Shown here: one piece after another, positions 41,049 to 55,154 of the stretch
Layout of the letters: each line of letters begins with the position of its first letter
Numbering within the stretch: position 1 is the first letter of the stretch
Assembly (NCBI GenBank): GCA_964016885.1
Contig: OZ024749.1
Location: 32,054,001-32,118,000 of the forward strand
Reading direction: 5' to 3'
From: Eledone cirrhosa
Taxonomy: Eukaryota
DNA: 64,000 nucleotides
Translations under genes and position numbers: made by a program
Notes under the pieces: model-generated
What the model was told of the DNA's origin: nothing
The model's database searches: none
What the model saw: only the letters and a program-made list of their open reading frames with translations

Positions 41049-41169
41049 ATTAACACTTAGAATTTAATATTCTATCATACTATTTCATTATAATACCATT
41101 ATATATATTTTAAAGGATTGTAAATAAAACGAGTAAATCAGACAAAGTTGGAATTCCTCTTATTAATAC

Positions 41170-41208
<39 letters not shown>

Positions 41209-41575
41209 CATGTATATGTATATATATACATATATATATGTATACATATATGTATATATGTATATATATATATGTATATACATATATATATATATATACA
41301 CATATATACATATATATATATATACATATACATATAAATATATACATATACATGCATATACACACACACATATATATATATACATATATATATGTATATA
41401 TATATATAGATAGATATCTTTACTTTTTAAATAGCTCCTTTAATAATATTTATGTGGCTGAAATGTTATTCACATTTAAATTTGATAATTATTTCTCTCT
41501 AGAATTTAAAATGAAAGATAAAATATATATCTGTATATATATATATGTATATATGTGTATATATATATATGTACA

Positions 41576-41692
<117 letters not shown>

Positions 41693-42468
41693 CTATACAT
41701 ACTTATTGTTTGGCGATAAACAATTCAATATAAATTTACCTTTTATTATTGGGGTTAAGTATTTAAGTATTTTCTAGAATAAAATGAAAAATATGTATTT
41801 AACTTTCTCTTCTTTGTTCACTCATCTCCTCTTTCAGTTTCTTCTTCCTTACCATTCTATCATCCTCCTTTTCCTTCATACGACGATACATTGAAATAAA
41901 TTTACATTCAGAAATAAATGGTTTTTAATGGTATTTAATTCAATATGGTGTTTTACTCAATATGAGAAAATAATGGAGGTGTAGACAATTCTTTAAAAAC
42001 ACAATTTCCTTTCTTACTGAATAAATTGTATTTAAAAGCGTTTTAGTAGTATAGGAAGCAATTTCGTAATTTTCACTATTTTTTATAAATAAATGGAAAT
42101 TTAATGAAAAAACATATCCCCATGAGGAGGGAGCATCCATTGGTGTTAGCATTGCAGGTGACATAGCTAACCTATTCATTGTATGGTGGGACAATAAACT
42201 TAAACTTAAACTTAAACTTAAAGAACAATTAGAAGAGAGCAACCTCATAACTCTGATAATGTACTCCCGCTACGTTGATGATATAAACATCGTAGTAAAA
42301 ACACCCCCACTAGAGAACAGTCAGGAATTAGAGAAAACACCATGGAAAGCATCCAGCAAATAGCTAACTCCATCCACCAGAGTATTAGAGTTACTATAGA
42401 CTACCCAAGCAAACACCCCAACCATCGATTACCTGTACTAGACACAGAGCTCTGGTTAGAAACCATTG

Positions 42469-42655
42469 TGGATTGGCAGTATCGGTAGAGGGTCGGACGC
42501 CATGCTTTCCAGCATAGTTACGTCCCTTTACGATCTAAGTTCAAATCCCGCCGAGGTTGACTTTGCCTTTCATCCTTACGGGGTCGATAAAATAAAGTAC
42601 CAGTAGTAATGCACTGGGTAATTGCTGGCCTTGTGCCTAAAGTAGAAACAATTAA
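42469..42655 (+). mobile_element. SINE inserted into PLE RT
   Basis: Full match to the dominant SINE family. Confidence 0.9.
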
Positions 42656-43782
42656 TAACTTAAAAAAACAAATCCTCCATTCCCATTATGCCAAACCCAT
42701 GACTTCCAAATATCTGATCCACCGAAACTCAGCTGTTTCGGATCACACCAAAATCAACATACTGATTGCGGATTTGGTACGGGTGATGAGAAATATGTCC
42801 CGCATGTGCAACCCCAAAGAACTAGAGAGACACATACAACACTTCATCCACCGTATGCAGTTCTCTGGTTACAATCAGAGAGATAAAATATGAGTATATA
42901 GAGGAGCCAGAACCAAATGGGAAAAAATGGTAAATAATGATACAAATGGGACCTGCCCCGTGTATAGGAGCAAATTTTGGAATAGAATAGAAAGAACAAG
43001 GAATAAGGTTAATAGAATAAACTCATGGTATGATAGCAATAAATTCCAGAGTGTAATGTTCATCAATACAACCCCTAGAGGTGAATTAGCTTACAAATTT
43101 AGAAGGGCCCTAGATAAGCATAAACTTAATATTAAGATAGTAGAAAGACCAGGTACCTCCATAAAAACACTTATTAGCCATACATACCCTTTTCAAAGAC
43201 CTCCCTGTATAGATAAGAAATGCATAATCTGTAAACTAAGCCCGCATATTAACTGTAAAACTAGAAATGTAGTATATGGCATAAGATGTACTGAAGGATA
43301 ATGTAAAGATAAGAATATAGTGTACATAGGTGAGATAGCTCGTAGTATAGGAGAACGGATAAATGAACACTGGCGAGAACTTCAAGATAAAAAAGAATCA
43401 TCAATACTCCACCAACATGCTAAAATAGAACATAAGGGCAAATTAGAGAACATAGAAATAAATATAGAATCTACACACAGAAAAGACGCAATATTTAGAC
43501 AAATCACAGAGGCAATAAACATAAATGAACTCCAACCAAAATTAAATAGAAAACATGAATGGAATAGCAACATCACAACTTACAATTAAGGACAAAATGA
43601 AAACACACACATAGAACAAACAACCAACCTGTAACATGTAAATAAACAAATAAATAAACAAATAAAAACACACACAGACACCCGGATGTAAGACATGCGC
43701 AAACTAAGCACACAACACACACACAAATAAGATGGCGTAGGACAGAACAAAGGAGAGGCACAAAACAAAGAAAAGAATCCCA

Positions 43783-43825
43783 GCCACTGAAGAAGTCACA
43801 GAATGTGTGACGAAAGAACTTTGAC
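43783..43825 (+). ncRNA. Type I hammerhead motif in pseudo-LTR of second PLE
   Basis: CTGAAGA-A-GTCACA(GAATG)TGTGAC-GAAA-GAAC-TT-TGAC. The copy at 51666-51708 (minus) has perfect stem I GTCA/TGAC. Confidence 0.7.
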
Positions 43826-44063
43826 AATATATGAACAACCGCCCGGTTATGGAACCAACCAACCAACCGGAAATTTATAAATTCTTAAATTTATAAATTT
43901 AATTTATAATAAATTGGAGTGAAAGCAACTGGTGCGTGTGTTTCTTATTGGCAACATGACCCTCCCAAAGCATAACAATATCGGTTTCAACACACGTTTT
44001 CAGATAAAGAATCTTGCTAAACAAATTCAGAAACGTCATATATATATAATATACATATAAATA

Positions 44064-44111
<48 letters not shown>

Positions 44112-44134
44112 AATATATTTATATATATACATAT

Positions 44135-44175
<41 letters not shown>

Positions 44176-44198
44176 CATAAATATATTTATATATATAC

Positions 44199-44274
<76 letters not shown>

Positions 44275-44302
44275 GTGGTTACACAACAGTTAGTTCACCA
44301 TA

Positions 44303-44342
44303 CCGAGAACAGTTGTTTCACCTTAGCGGATCTTCATCTCGG
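44303..44342 (-). ncRNA. Hammerhead-like motif with one core mismatch
   Basis: Minus: CCGAG-ATGAAGA-TCC(GCTAA)GGT-GAAA-CAACTG-TT-CTCGG, 5-bp stem I. Confidence 0.5.
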
Positions 44343-44657
44343 GATGTGTATGGTTATAGGAACAGGAAGGACAACCGTACGAACGCTTATGCGCAGAAAC
44401 TCGGTCACTTCACACAGGCAACACTAGACTGCGTGCGAGAGGTGTAAGGGAGCTAACTGAGAAAGTCCGGAAAGTTTTTAGGTGAAAATAAAATTTAAAT
44501 AAAATTAAAAATAAAATTACAAAGAATCAGTCCGGAGCCTTGTAGTTATGCAATATATGTTTGGTGACGTGTGCACAACGTGTGAAAAATTCACTTCTCG
44601 TGTTTAGGCAATCACTATTGCGTAATCTCTTTAGGGTAGTTATTCGTATATATATAA

Positions 44658-45000
44658 AATTAATAAAAACAATGAATAAAAACAAAGAACCTGTTCCTTA
44701 TATTAAAAAATTCATCATTTTACAATCGTTTCTAGGATGTATATGTGTGTTGGTTTGTATATCATATAAATCTATGTAAAAATATTACAAACTCTCATGG
44801 GAAATATACATACCTTCAGATATACATACTGTCTTCTGAAGGCAGCATGTATATGTGAAGGTATGTATATTTCCTCTGATAGTTTGTAATATTTTTACAT
44901 AGATCTATATGATATACATTCCAACACACATATACATCCTATGATGAATTTTTTAATATAAGGAACTTGTTCTTTGTTTTTATTCATTGTTTTATTAATT
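44658..45000. mobile_element. Fold-back element (~170-bp arms)
   Basis: Palindrome centred ~44838 (TCTTCTGAAGG). Related single arm at ~53918-54092. Confidence 0.8.
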
Positions 45001-45123
45001 TATCTTGACTCTGTTTTCCTATGTTTTTCATCGAAAATTTTTGAATGCATCTTCTCTTTTCATGATATTTGGATTACATTGAGTTCTTCATGCGGATTGG
45101 ACACTACCGTATATTTTGGTAGA

Positions 45124-45192
<69 letters not shown>

Positions 45193-45439
45193 CATGGTGG
45201 AACCCATTAAATTAAATCTTCTCGCCAACGTGGGATCTTTCCATGATTTTGACCTTTTTTTCTTTCTTTTCTTTTCTTACTCTAATTTGATAAACGCTGA
45301 TTGAAATCAGAAGGGTCGGCTTTTTTCTTCCCATTCTATTAGGTATAAATATCTCAAATTACTCGACCATATAAGAAATTGTAGATTTTCTAGAATCTGC
45401 TGAACTATTTCCTTCTGTATTGAGTATCATCAAAAGCAA

Positions 45440-45850
45440 AGTCTTGAAATTCTTTGGTCAGGTAAAATGTTCATAAAAGGGTCTTTCTAAAACATGTATG
45501 AAGGGAATGATTCTGAGTAAAAGAAATACGGGTTGGCCACCCAGGAGCTGGCGAGATAGGGTCTATAAATTTGTCTGGTCTAAATTTATTCTAACCAATT
45601 TATGGAGGGTATAATTCAAAGTTAAAGAAATAGGGGTTTGCCACCAAGAAGCTGGCAAGACAATATCCTCTATAAATGGGGTAGTCTAAATATATTCTAA
45701 ACAATATATGGAGGGTATGATCCAGGGTAAAACAAACAGGGACTGGTCAACATGACGCTAGCGAGGCAATATCACTAAATGGTCTAACCTGAATTATATG
45801 AACAAAATGAAACCAAGCAAAATAGGAAACTTTGGAAAGAAACTAGGTTG
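45440..45850 (+). pseudogene. Degenerate RTE-type LINE 3' end, internally triplicated
   Basis: KFFGQV...MKGMI..KRN.G.P..SWRD-like motif recurring three times at ~105-bp spacing. Confidence 0.4.
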
Positions 45851-46046
45851 CGCTAGGGAGCTATCTGCCGCAGACGGGGGCAACGAACGGTGATCCTGTC
45901 TACTATACACACAGTGTTCTTAATTTTATACATATATTTTATAAACTAAGAGCATTCTTTTTTCACGTTTGTTAACATTGGTTTAAACACGCTTATTTCA
46001 ACTGAACTGTTTCTTCCCTTGTCTGATATATATATATGTATATATA

Positions 46047-46140
<94 letters not shown>

Positions 46141-46516
46141 CACACACATATATATATATATATATAAATGAAAGGTATAGAAAATATTGTAGCAAAAAGC
46201 CAACAGTATTCCATAGTATATAAGTGACTATAGCGTCAAAATGGGAAAATAGTTAACGTAAGATGTGGGAAAAATAATTCAAACTCAACTCAAAAAGAAT
46301 CAGCATATAGATTTATCCAACATATATATATATGTGTGTGTGCATATATATATATATATGTTTATATATACATATATATATCAGACTAGGGAAGAAACAA
46401 TTCAGTTGAAGTGTACGTGTTTAAACCAAAGTTAACAAACGTGAAAAAAGAATGCTCTTAGTTTATAAAATATATGTATAAAATTAAGAACACTGTGTGT
46501 ATATATATATATACAC

Positions 46517-46571
<55 letters not shown>

Positions 46572-47050
46572 CATATACATATATAAGCATATATATATAT
46601 GTACATACATATATATATATATAAATATATACTCATTTATTTATTTATATACACAAGTATGTTTATATTAGTGTTCATCTCTCTTGTTTATTCAATTATA
46701 TAGATCGATATATATATATTTTATATATTTATATAATTATATATATACTACATTACCTGACATTATATCTCTCCCTTTCTCTCTCTCTCTCTGTTCTCTA
46801 TCTCTATCTCTCTTTATCACACACAGGGTCTCTCACTCTCTTTCTCACACTCTCTTTCTCATTCTCTCTTTCTCTCTCTCTCGTCCCTTCCAGGTAGACT
46901 CTAGAAGGTCAACTTGAAACTAAATACTTCAAGTCATTTAGTTCGTTCATCTCCCATTTCAGTGTATGTGAGAGTACGTGTGTGTATGCATGTGTGTATG
47001 TATGCATATCTGTGTGTGTGTGCGTGTGTGCATGCATGTGTGTGTGTATG

Positions 47051-47107
<57 letters not shown>

Positions 47108-47467
47108 ACTTGCATCTATATGTGTCGTCTATGCGCACTTACATTTCTATCCATCTTATCTGAGTCAGCCAGCTCCCCCACCACACATACACACACACAG
47201 CAAGCTGTCATTCAGGAGGATTCTCATCACAACCCTCCATACTATACAATAAATATTGCCACATGAAGTCTTATTAATGAGTCTTGTTGTCATATTAATC
47301 AACAAACAATTAGATCTCTACCTACGTACGAACGTTTTCTAAACTGTTTCAGTTCAGCCATACTGGCTAGGTGGTTTAATCACACGATTTGTAATCTCTT
47401 GCTTTAAACATGTGCATTTCAACTGTTTCCTCCCTAGTCTGATTGTGATGTCTTTATATAAAGATAT

Positions 47468-47890
47468 GTTTCTTTATTAGCCACAGGGGCACAAAAGAAG
47501 GGGACAAATACAAAGGGGGAAGTTTACATACAATAAAAACGTGTAAAATGTTATCACAAATGCAATTTAAATAGTTAGTCGATTTTCCCCAATAGGGGGA
47601 GACAGTTTATATGGGTAACACATACCCCCGAATAAAATGTGCAACCCTCATCTCCAGGAGTGCGAAGAATTTGTACTCCTTTCCTCCCCTCCTCCTTTTC
47701 CTCAACCTACAGGCTGATATAGAGAGAAGGCCCATTCACTCGGGCCATTCTCGCCACTTTCACCCACTTTTCATAAAACTTGCTGGGGTACAGCACCTCT
47801 CTCTCCATCCTGATTCTTCTTCCAAAGTGGTATTTGAAAAAAAGAATCAGTTGTTGGCCGGAGAGAAAGGTGTCTGACCTCAGCCCTTTC
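47468..47890 (-). mobile_element. L1/Tx1-like LINE 3' fragment
   Basis: Minus frame ...FLSGQQLILFFKYHFGRRIRMEREVL..SKFYEKWVKVARM...*, then 3' UTR ending AATAAAGAAA. Confidence 0.5.
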
Positions 47891-47929
47891 AAGATAAATA
47901 GATGGATAGACAGACAGATATATTTCTTT

Positions 47930-48312
47930 ATTATTGTTTCTGATTTTCGACACAAGACCAGCAATACGCCAGTGCATAACTGGTACTTTATTTTATCGAG
48001 CCTGTAAGGATGAAAGGCAAAGTTAACCTCGGTGGGATTTGAACTCAGAACGTAAAGGGGCGTAACTCTATGCTGCAAAGCATGGCGTCCAACCCTCTAT
48101 TGATCCAGCAGATAGATAGATAGATAGTTAGACAGACAGACAGACAAAGAGATTGACAGATAGATAAATACTATCACTTCTCTACTTAGAAAATAAATGT
48201 ATACACTCTATAGTCCAGTATTAACTTTCCCTTTCATCCTTACGGGGTCGATAAAATAAAGTACCAGTAATGCACTGGTTAATTGCTGGCCTTGTGCCTA
48301 ACGTAGAAACAA
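47930..48312. mobile_element. Two SINE copies (minus 47930-48108; plus partial 48220-48312)
   Basis: Match to the dominant SINE family. Confidence 0.85.
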
Positions 48313-48376
48313 GTGTTATGTACTCATTTGATTAATGTTTCAGTGATTTGTATACTACGGTATTTGAAACATATAT

Positions 48377-48421
<45 letters not shown>

Positions 48422-48424
<3 letters not shown>

Positions 48425-48624
48425 CGAAGGAAATGTGGTAAGGGACCAGGTGGACCATAACGCACCAAAGTACTCAATACTTAGGGTAGTAGAGTGGGTA
48501 ATAGGAACGCGTAGGACCCCGACGGCTGAGCTCAAGCCTTTTCGACGGCTAATTCTGGACTCTAATTATGTCCAGAATTAGCCGTCGAAATGGCTTGAGC
48601 TCAGCCGTCGGGGTCCTACTCGTT

Positions 48625-48670
<46 letters not shown>

Positions 48671-48778
48671 ATATAGAAATGGCTTCTACGGGGCTAGGAC
48701 TGTTTCATTCGAATGAAACAGTTCTAGTCCTGTAGAAGCCATTTCTATATAAAATATTTAACACACACACACACACAT

Positions 48779-48836
<58 letters not shown>

Positions 48837-48985
48837 TATAGGTAGTATATTTGGTAATAGGAAAAGAGTCAGAACCCCAACGGCTGAGCTCCGGCCGTTT
48901 CGACAGCCAGTTCTGAACTCAGAGCTGAGAACTGGCTATCGAGACGGCCGGAGATCAGCCGTCGGGGTCCTGACTCTTTTGCTAT
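48422..48985. mobile_element. Three consecutive fold-back PLE termini in one (TA)n tract
   Basis: Palindromes 48500-48630 (same as 4083-4209), 48671-48750 (same family as 10809-10927) and 48857-48985. Confidence 0.85.
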
Positions 48986-49001
48986 ATATATATATATATA
49001 C

Positions 49002-49074
<73 letters not shown>

Positions 49075-49232
49075 GTGGGGAGAAGTAAATTCTCTACCCA
49101 CACACCGAATCGTTTCTCTCACTATCAACGTATAAGTATTCACTCTGCTTTCCTTTTTGGCTGATATCCCAGTGATGCTGGCTTAATTAAAGCATCGAGT
49201 GAGGGACAGAACGATCGTGGATACACCGGTTC

Positions 49233-49282
<50 letters not shown>

Positions 49283-49602
49283 GGGGATACGTGGATATAA
49301 ATTTTATGTTTGTTTGTTGTAAGTGCGTTCGTATATATATGTATGCTTGCGTGTTAAGATATAGTTCTATGTATATGTATTTTGTCCAATAAAATACCAT
49401 CATGACATATTTCGTTACTTGATATTTTGATTAGGCTTGTCAATGTAATAAAAATGTATCGCAGGATATCATCTATTTATAGACAGAAATAACAATTATT
49501 ATAATATTTAAGCTACACAACTATTTAAAGATGGCGGCGAATGGGTGAAGCCGTTAGAACGTTGGCTAAAAGGTTTGTCGTACTTCTTCCAACTCTCTTA
49601 AC

Positions 49603-50100
49603 TCCGGTTTTAAATAGCACCTAGGCAAAAATGGCATGCATGTTCCCGTAATTCATGGGGCAGTTGTAGGGTCACCATACACCATATTGATATACGGTGT
49701 CTCTAGAGCATTTTTAAAACTGGCGGAACCTGTCTCCTCGCCAGGTCTGAATAGAGTAAATTCCTTCCAGAGTAGTCGGATAGAGAGTGAGAGAAAGGAA
49801 GTGAGAAAGAGTCAGAGAGGAACAATCGACCCTAGTTCTAGACTGTCTACATTTTCTCCGGTTTTAAATAGCACCTAGGCCAAAATGGCATTCATGTTCC
49901 CGTAATTCATGGGCAGTTGTAGGGTCACCATATTGATATACGGTGTCTCTAGAGCATTTTTAAAACTGGCGGAACCTGTCTCCTGTCCAGGTCTGAATAG
50001 AGTAAATTCCTTCCAGAGTAGTCGGATAGAGAGTGAGAGAAAGGAAGTGAGAAAGAGTCAGAGAGGAACAATCGAGACTAGTTCTAGACTGTCAACATTT
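49603..50100. repeat. Tandem duplication of ~250 bp
   Basis: CTCCGGTTTTAAATAGCACCTAGG at ~49602 and ~49856. Duplicate ORFs in the track. Confidence 0.9.
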
Positions 50101-50244
50101 TGTATCGACCGCGAGTGTATGAAAGGCAAAATTGACCTCAGCAAGATTTGAAATCAAAGCAGAAATTCGAGATGAATACCACAAAACATTCTAGCAGATA
50201 TTCTAACGACTCTACTAATTCACCTTGTAGGTCAACATTATGAT

Positions 50245-50622
50245 GGTGGATTGGCAGTATTGGTAGAGGGTCGGACGCCATGCTTTGACGCATAGAGTTA
50301 CGGCCCTTGCCATTCTGAGTTCAAATCCGGCCGAGGTTGACTTTGCCTTTCATCCTTACGGGGTCGATAAAATAAAGTACCAGTAATGCACTGGGTAATT
50401 GCTGGCCTTGTGCCTAACGTAGAAACAATTATGATGGTGGATTGGCAGTATTGGTAGAGGGTCGGACGCCATGCTTTGACGCATAGAGTTACGGCCCTTG
50501 CCATTCTGAGTTCAAATAACGCCGAGGTTAACTTTGCCTTTCATCCTTACGGGGTCGATAGAATAAAGTACCAGTAATGTACTGGAATAATTGCTGGCCT
50601 TGTGCCAAAAGTAGAAACAATT
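50245..50622 (+). mobile_element. Tandem SINE dimer
   Basis: Two full units, each bounded by ATTATGATG (50238, 50427, 50620). Confidence 0.9.
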
Positions 50623-50688
50623 ATGATGTTGATAAAGTACCAGTCATTACTTGGGTCTATTCTTTCTCTATACGCCTCTTTTTTCACT

Positions 50689-50755
<67 letters not shown>

Positions 50756-50758
<3 letters not shown>

Positions 50759-51108
50759 AGGAATTCCAACTTTGTCTGATTTACTCGTTTTATTTACAAT
50801 CCTTTAAAATTTATAATGGTATTAGAATGAAATAGTATGGTAGAATATTAAATTCTAAGTGTTAATTGAACAAGTACTTTCATGCTTTCGCAATCTTCAG
50901 GTTCATAATATGTGGTGACAGTCAAGTTTGCAATTGTACTTGTTCAATTAACACTTAGAATTTAATATTCTATCATACTATTTCATTCTAATACCATTAT
51001 AAATTTTAAAGGATTGTAAATAAAACGAGTAAATCAGACAAAGTTGGAATTCCTCTTATTAATATTATCTTCTATACACAATCATACACACCCGTGTATA
51101 TTTATCTA

Positions 51109-51110
<2 letters not shown>
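50756..51110. mobile_element. Fold-back of the 37.5-41.2 kb PLE 3' terminus
   Basis: Left arm is the reverse complement of 40980-41162 including the hammerhead. Right arm (from 50936) equals 41038-41165 plus tail. Confidence 0.9.
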
Positions 51111-51151
<41 letters not shown>

Positions 51152-51413
51152 ATATATACTGGTCTGTTTACCTAATTTTTCTCTTTCTTCCTCTCTCCTC
51201 ACTACCTTTCCCCCTTTTTTCTTCTTTTTCCTTCCTTTTTCTCTTCTTTCCCTCCTGGCCTTTTGATTGAGAAAAGGCCTTGGGCGCACCGCTTATCGCT
51301 CGTAGATGTCCTGTATTAAGCGCCGAAACTTCTTGATCTCGATTTTACACCTGATGAAGGATTTCTTTTCTTCTTTTCTTTTCTTCTCTTGTTTCGTCCA
51401 TACTACCATCTTA

Positions 51414-51752
<339 letters not shown>

Positions 51753-52440
51753 TACTCAATCATACATTCATTATCTTTCGCTTTCCCCCTCTGCTGAGGA
51801 GAAACCGGCTGGAGAGGGATGGGCTCCGCCAGGTTTAAATATTCACGACCTATGTAACGAGAACAAAATCGCCCCTAGAAATCCAGCAAGTCTTAAGAAC
51901 CCATTGTATGACTGTCCATCAATATGATATTTAATACATTTTAATGAATATTTAATTCTGCACTAAGCAGCCCATCTAGAGGAACCCTCATTTTCTCCTG
52001 CCATATTTGGATTCTCAGTAAAGTGTGAATTAATGCCGGAGACAAAAACATACCTTAATTTCACCTTAATTAATAATCCAATATTTCTATAATCCTGGGA
52101 GGTCTACGTAAGGAAAAATATTAACAAATCCAAAAGGAAAAGAAACGGGAAATAGAAAAACAACGACTAAAGCGTACAAAATCAGTTTGTTATGATGTGA
52201 AAAAAATGGGATAGACGTTTCGGACAAGTTGGTCTTTATCAAAATAGATTAAAAATACAAGTATATAATATGATAAAATATTGCGTCTATTTAATGGGAA
52301 GAGGAGTATTAATTTTGTTGAAAGGGAGCAAGAATTGGTGAGGTTTTATCATAGAAGAGTGCTCTTTGGTTGGCCTCCGTTGTACATACACGGAAAGAAA
52401 TAAGTGAGGTGAAGGTTATATGATTGTATTATTTAGATAG

Positions 52441-52805
52441 GGCAGTGGATTGGCAGTATCGGTAGAGGGTCGGACGCCATGCTTTCCAGCATAGTTACGT
52501 CCCTTTACAGTCTGAGTTCAAATCCCGCCGAGGTTAACTTTGCCTTTCATCCTTACGGGGTCGATAAAATAAAGTACCAGTAATGTACTGGGTTATTGCT
52601 GGCCTTGTGCCAAAAGTAGAAACAATTATTTAGATAGGGCGGTGGATTGGCAGTATCGGTAGAGAGTTGTACGCCATGCTATTCAGTGTAGAGTTACGAC
52701 CCTTTACGGTCTGAGTTCAAATGCCTCCGAGATTAACTTTGCCTTTCATCCTTACGGAGCCGATAAAATAAAGTACAAGTAATACACTGGGATAATTGCT
52801 GGCGA
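52441..52805 (+). mobile_element. Tandem SINE dimer
   Basis: Two units, each preceded by ATTATTTAGATAG. Confidence 0.85.
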
Positions 52806-53531
52806 TAAATGTGTGTGTGTGTACTTGTGTATGTGTGTGTTTATGTGCGTTTGTGGCAGTTTGTGTGTGTTTTTGTGTGTGTGTATGTTTATGTGTGTGT
52901 GTGAATGAGTCTGTGTGTGTGTTTTTATGTGTGCATGTGTGTTTGTGTTTCTGTGTGCTTGCATGTCTGTGTGTCTGTGTACGAGTGTGCTTGTATGTTT
53001 ATGTGTGTTTATGTTTTTGAGAATTTGTATGTTTGGGTGTGTGTGTGTTTATGTGTGTGTGTTTGTGCGTGTGTGTGTGTGTGTGAGAACGTTTATGCGT
53101 GTTTATGTGTGCTTATGTGTGTGTTTATGTGTGTGAGTGTGAGCGCGCGTGTGTGTGTGTGTGAACGTTTATGCGTGTTTATGTGTGTTTATGTGTGTGT
53201 TTATGTGTGTGTGTGTGTGCGTGTGTGTGTGTGTGTGTGAACGTTTATGCGTGTTTATGTGTGTTTATGTGTGTGTTTATGTGTGTGAGTGTGAGCGCGC
53301 GCGTGTGTGTGTGAGAGTGGAGTGACGAAGGAGGGGTGTAAAAGATGGAGGTGGTGGCTGTAACTGAAGTGTTAATCTCATCAGAGCATTATCGTGTGTA
53401 AGTGGGATATCGACAAAATATAATAGTGAAATATTGACATAGAAAATATAATGACATAATGGGATGTGTTTTTTGTGATGTTAATGTGAGAAGACGTACA
53501 CCTATTGTCTGAGACAGACAGCACCTTCATC

Positions 53532-53633
<102 letters not shown>

Positions 53634-53650
53634 GTATGTATGTACGTACG

Positions 53651-53681
<31 letters not shown>

Positions 53682-53757
53682 CACCCCACTCTCAAGAGCG
53701 TGAAACTAATAAACCTTTGTTCGTACTGCCTTTCTGTTTTGTTCCCGTTCAATTTTT

Positions 53758-53865
<108 letters not shown>

Positions 53866-54647
53866 GGGGGAGAGAGAGAGAGAGAGGGAGAGAGAGAGAG
53901 AGAGAGAGAGAAATATTAAAACAATGAAATTAAACAAAAAACGGTTAATTCATAGTAAAACTCATTATTTTACGATCGTTTCTGGTGGGTAGCACCCCGT
54001 ATGTCCATTCAATTATTGATCTATGTAAAATATATTACAAAATATCATAGTAAGAAAAAATACATACGTCTTCACTACTCGCTGTCTTCAGATATATATA
54101 ATATGGTGTTGGGTGCTTAAAGCGTACGTACGCGGTAGGCCGTTTGAGCACTCGATGCTCTCATAGAGCAGAGCGGCGAAGGATATCGATGTAAAAGGAC
54201 ATAGAAAAATCTGCTTCGTAGAATCAAGACGTATCTGAGGACCTTGGGATTTTCAATTTCAGGTTCGATCATGACATCGATCGTGCCTCCAGCTGGTCGC
54301 CAGAGAAACGATTGTAATATGTCCAATAAATTCCATTCGTCGCAACACTGATTCTCTCTTTTTCTGTGCTCAAAGACTCAATGCAACAGTACCTTGTCTA
54401 GGAATAGGGCCAACAACCTAACCACTATATCACACACACCTTCTTCTTCTTCTTCTTCTTCTTTTTCTTCTTCCTCTTCTTCTTCTTCTCCCCCCGCCCA
54501 TCTTCTTCCACCATCTCCCCCTCCCACCCTAACTGATATATCATTTTGGGAATGTTCTCAGTACAAGGTTACCGGAAGTCGAACCGGTAGCTGTGAATCA
54601 AAGATTCAGGTTTGGTTGTTTGGGAGGGGGCGGGGGTATTTTTTTGG

Positions 54648-54698
<51 letters not shown>

Positions 54699-55027
54699 GG
54701 TGGTGGTGGTTTTTGTGATGCGTTGGTGGTAGTTGTGGTCGTTGTCTTCGTAGAGGTAGTGGATGTAGTAGTGGTTGTGCTGGTATTGTTTGTGTTGATA
54801 GTGGCGGTGATGGTGTATTGATGATGGTGGTGATGAAGGTACTTGTGGTAGTGGTGGTGATGGTCGTTGTCGTCTTCGTAGTGGTAGTAATGAAAGAGCT
54901 ACTGTTGGTGGTGGTGGTATTCTTGAGGATGATGATATTGTTTCTTAGCCAACTTGCAAATTATGGAAGACTCCTGTTGAGTCGCCTAAGATTTATGTTT
55001 TGGCTTCGAATTAGAGAGAGAGAGAGA

Positions 55028-55154
<127 letters not shown>

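Larger units (their letters stand above)
37549..41165 (+). mobile_element. Penelope-like retroelement (Neptune-like), 5'-truncated, inserted in (TA)n
   Basis: Upstream ORF + RT/GIY-YIG ORF + 3' pseudo-LTR with hammerhead. Both ends abut TA repeats. Confidence 0.93.
42085..44037 (+). pseudogene. Decayed Penelope-like element of a second family (RT C-half + GIY-YIG + pseudo-LTR)
   Basis: EGASIGVSIAGDIANLFIVWWD, YSRYVDDINIV, LPVLDTELW, PCIDKKCIICK, NCKTRNVVYGIRC, YIGEIARSIGERINEH, RQITEAINI. Stops/frameshifts present; SINE inserted at 42469. Confidence 0.88.
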
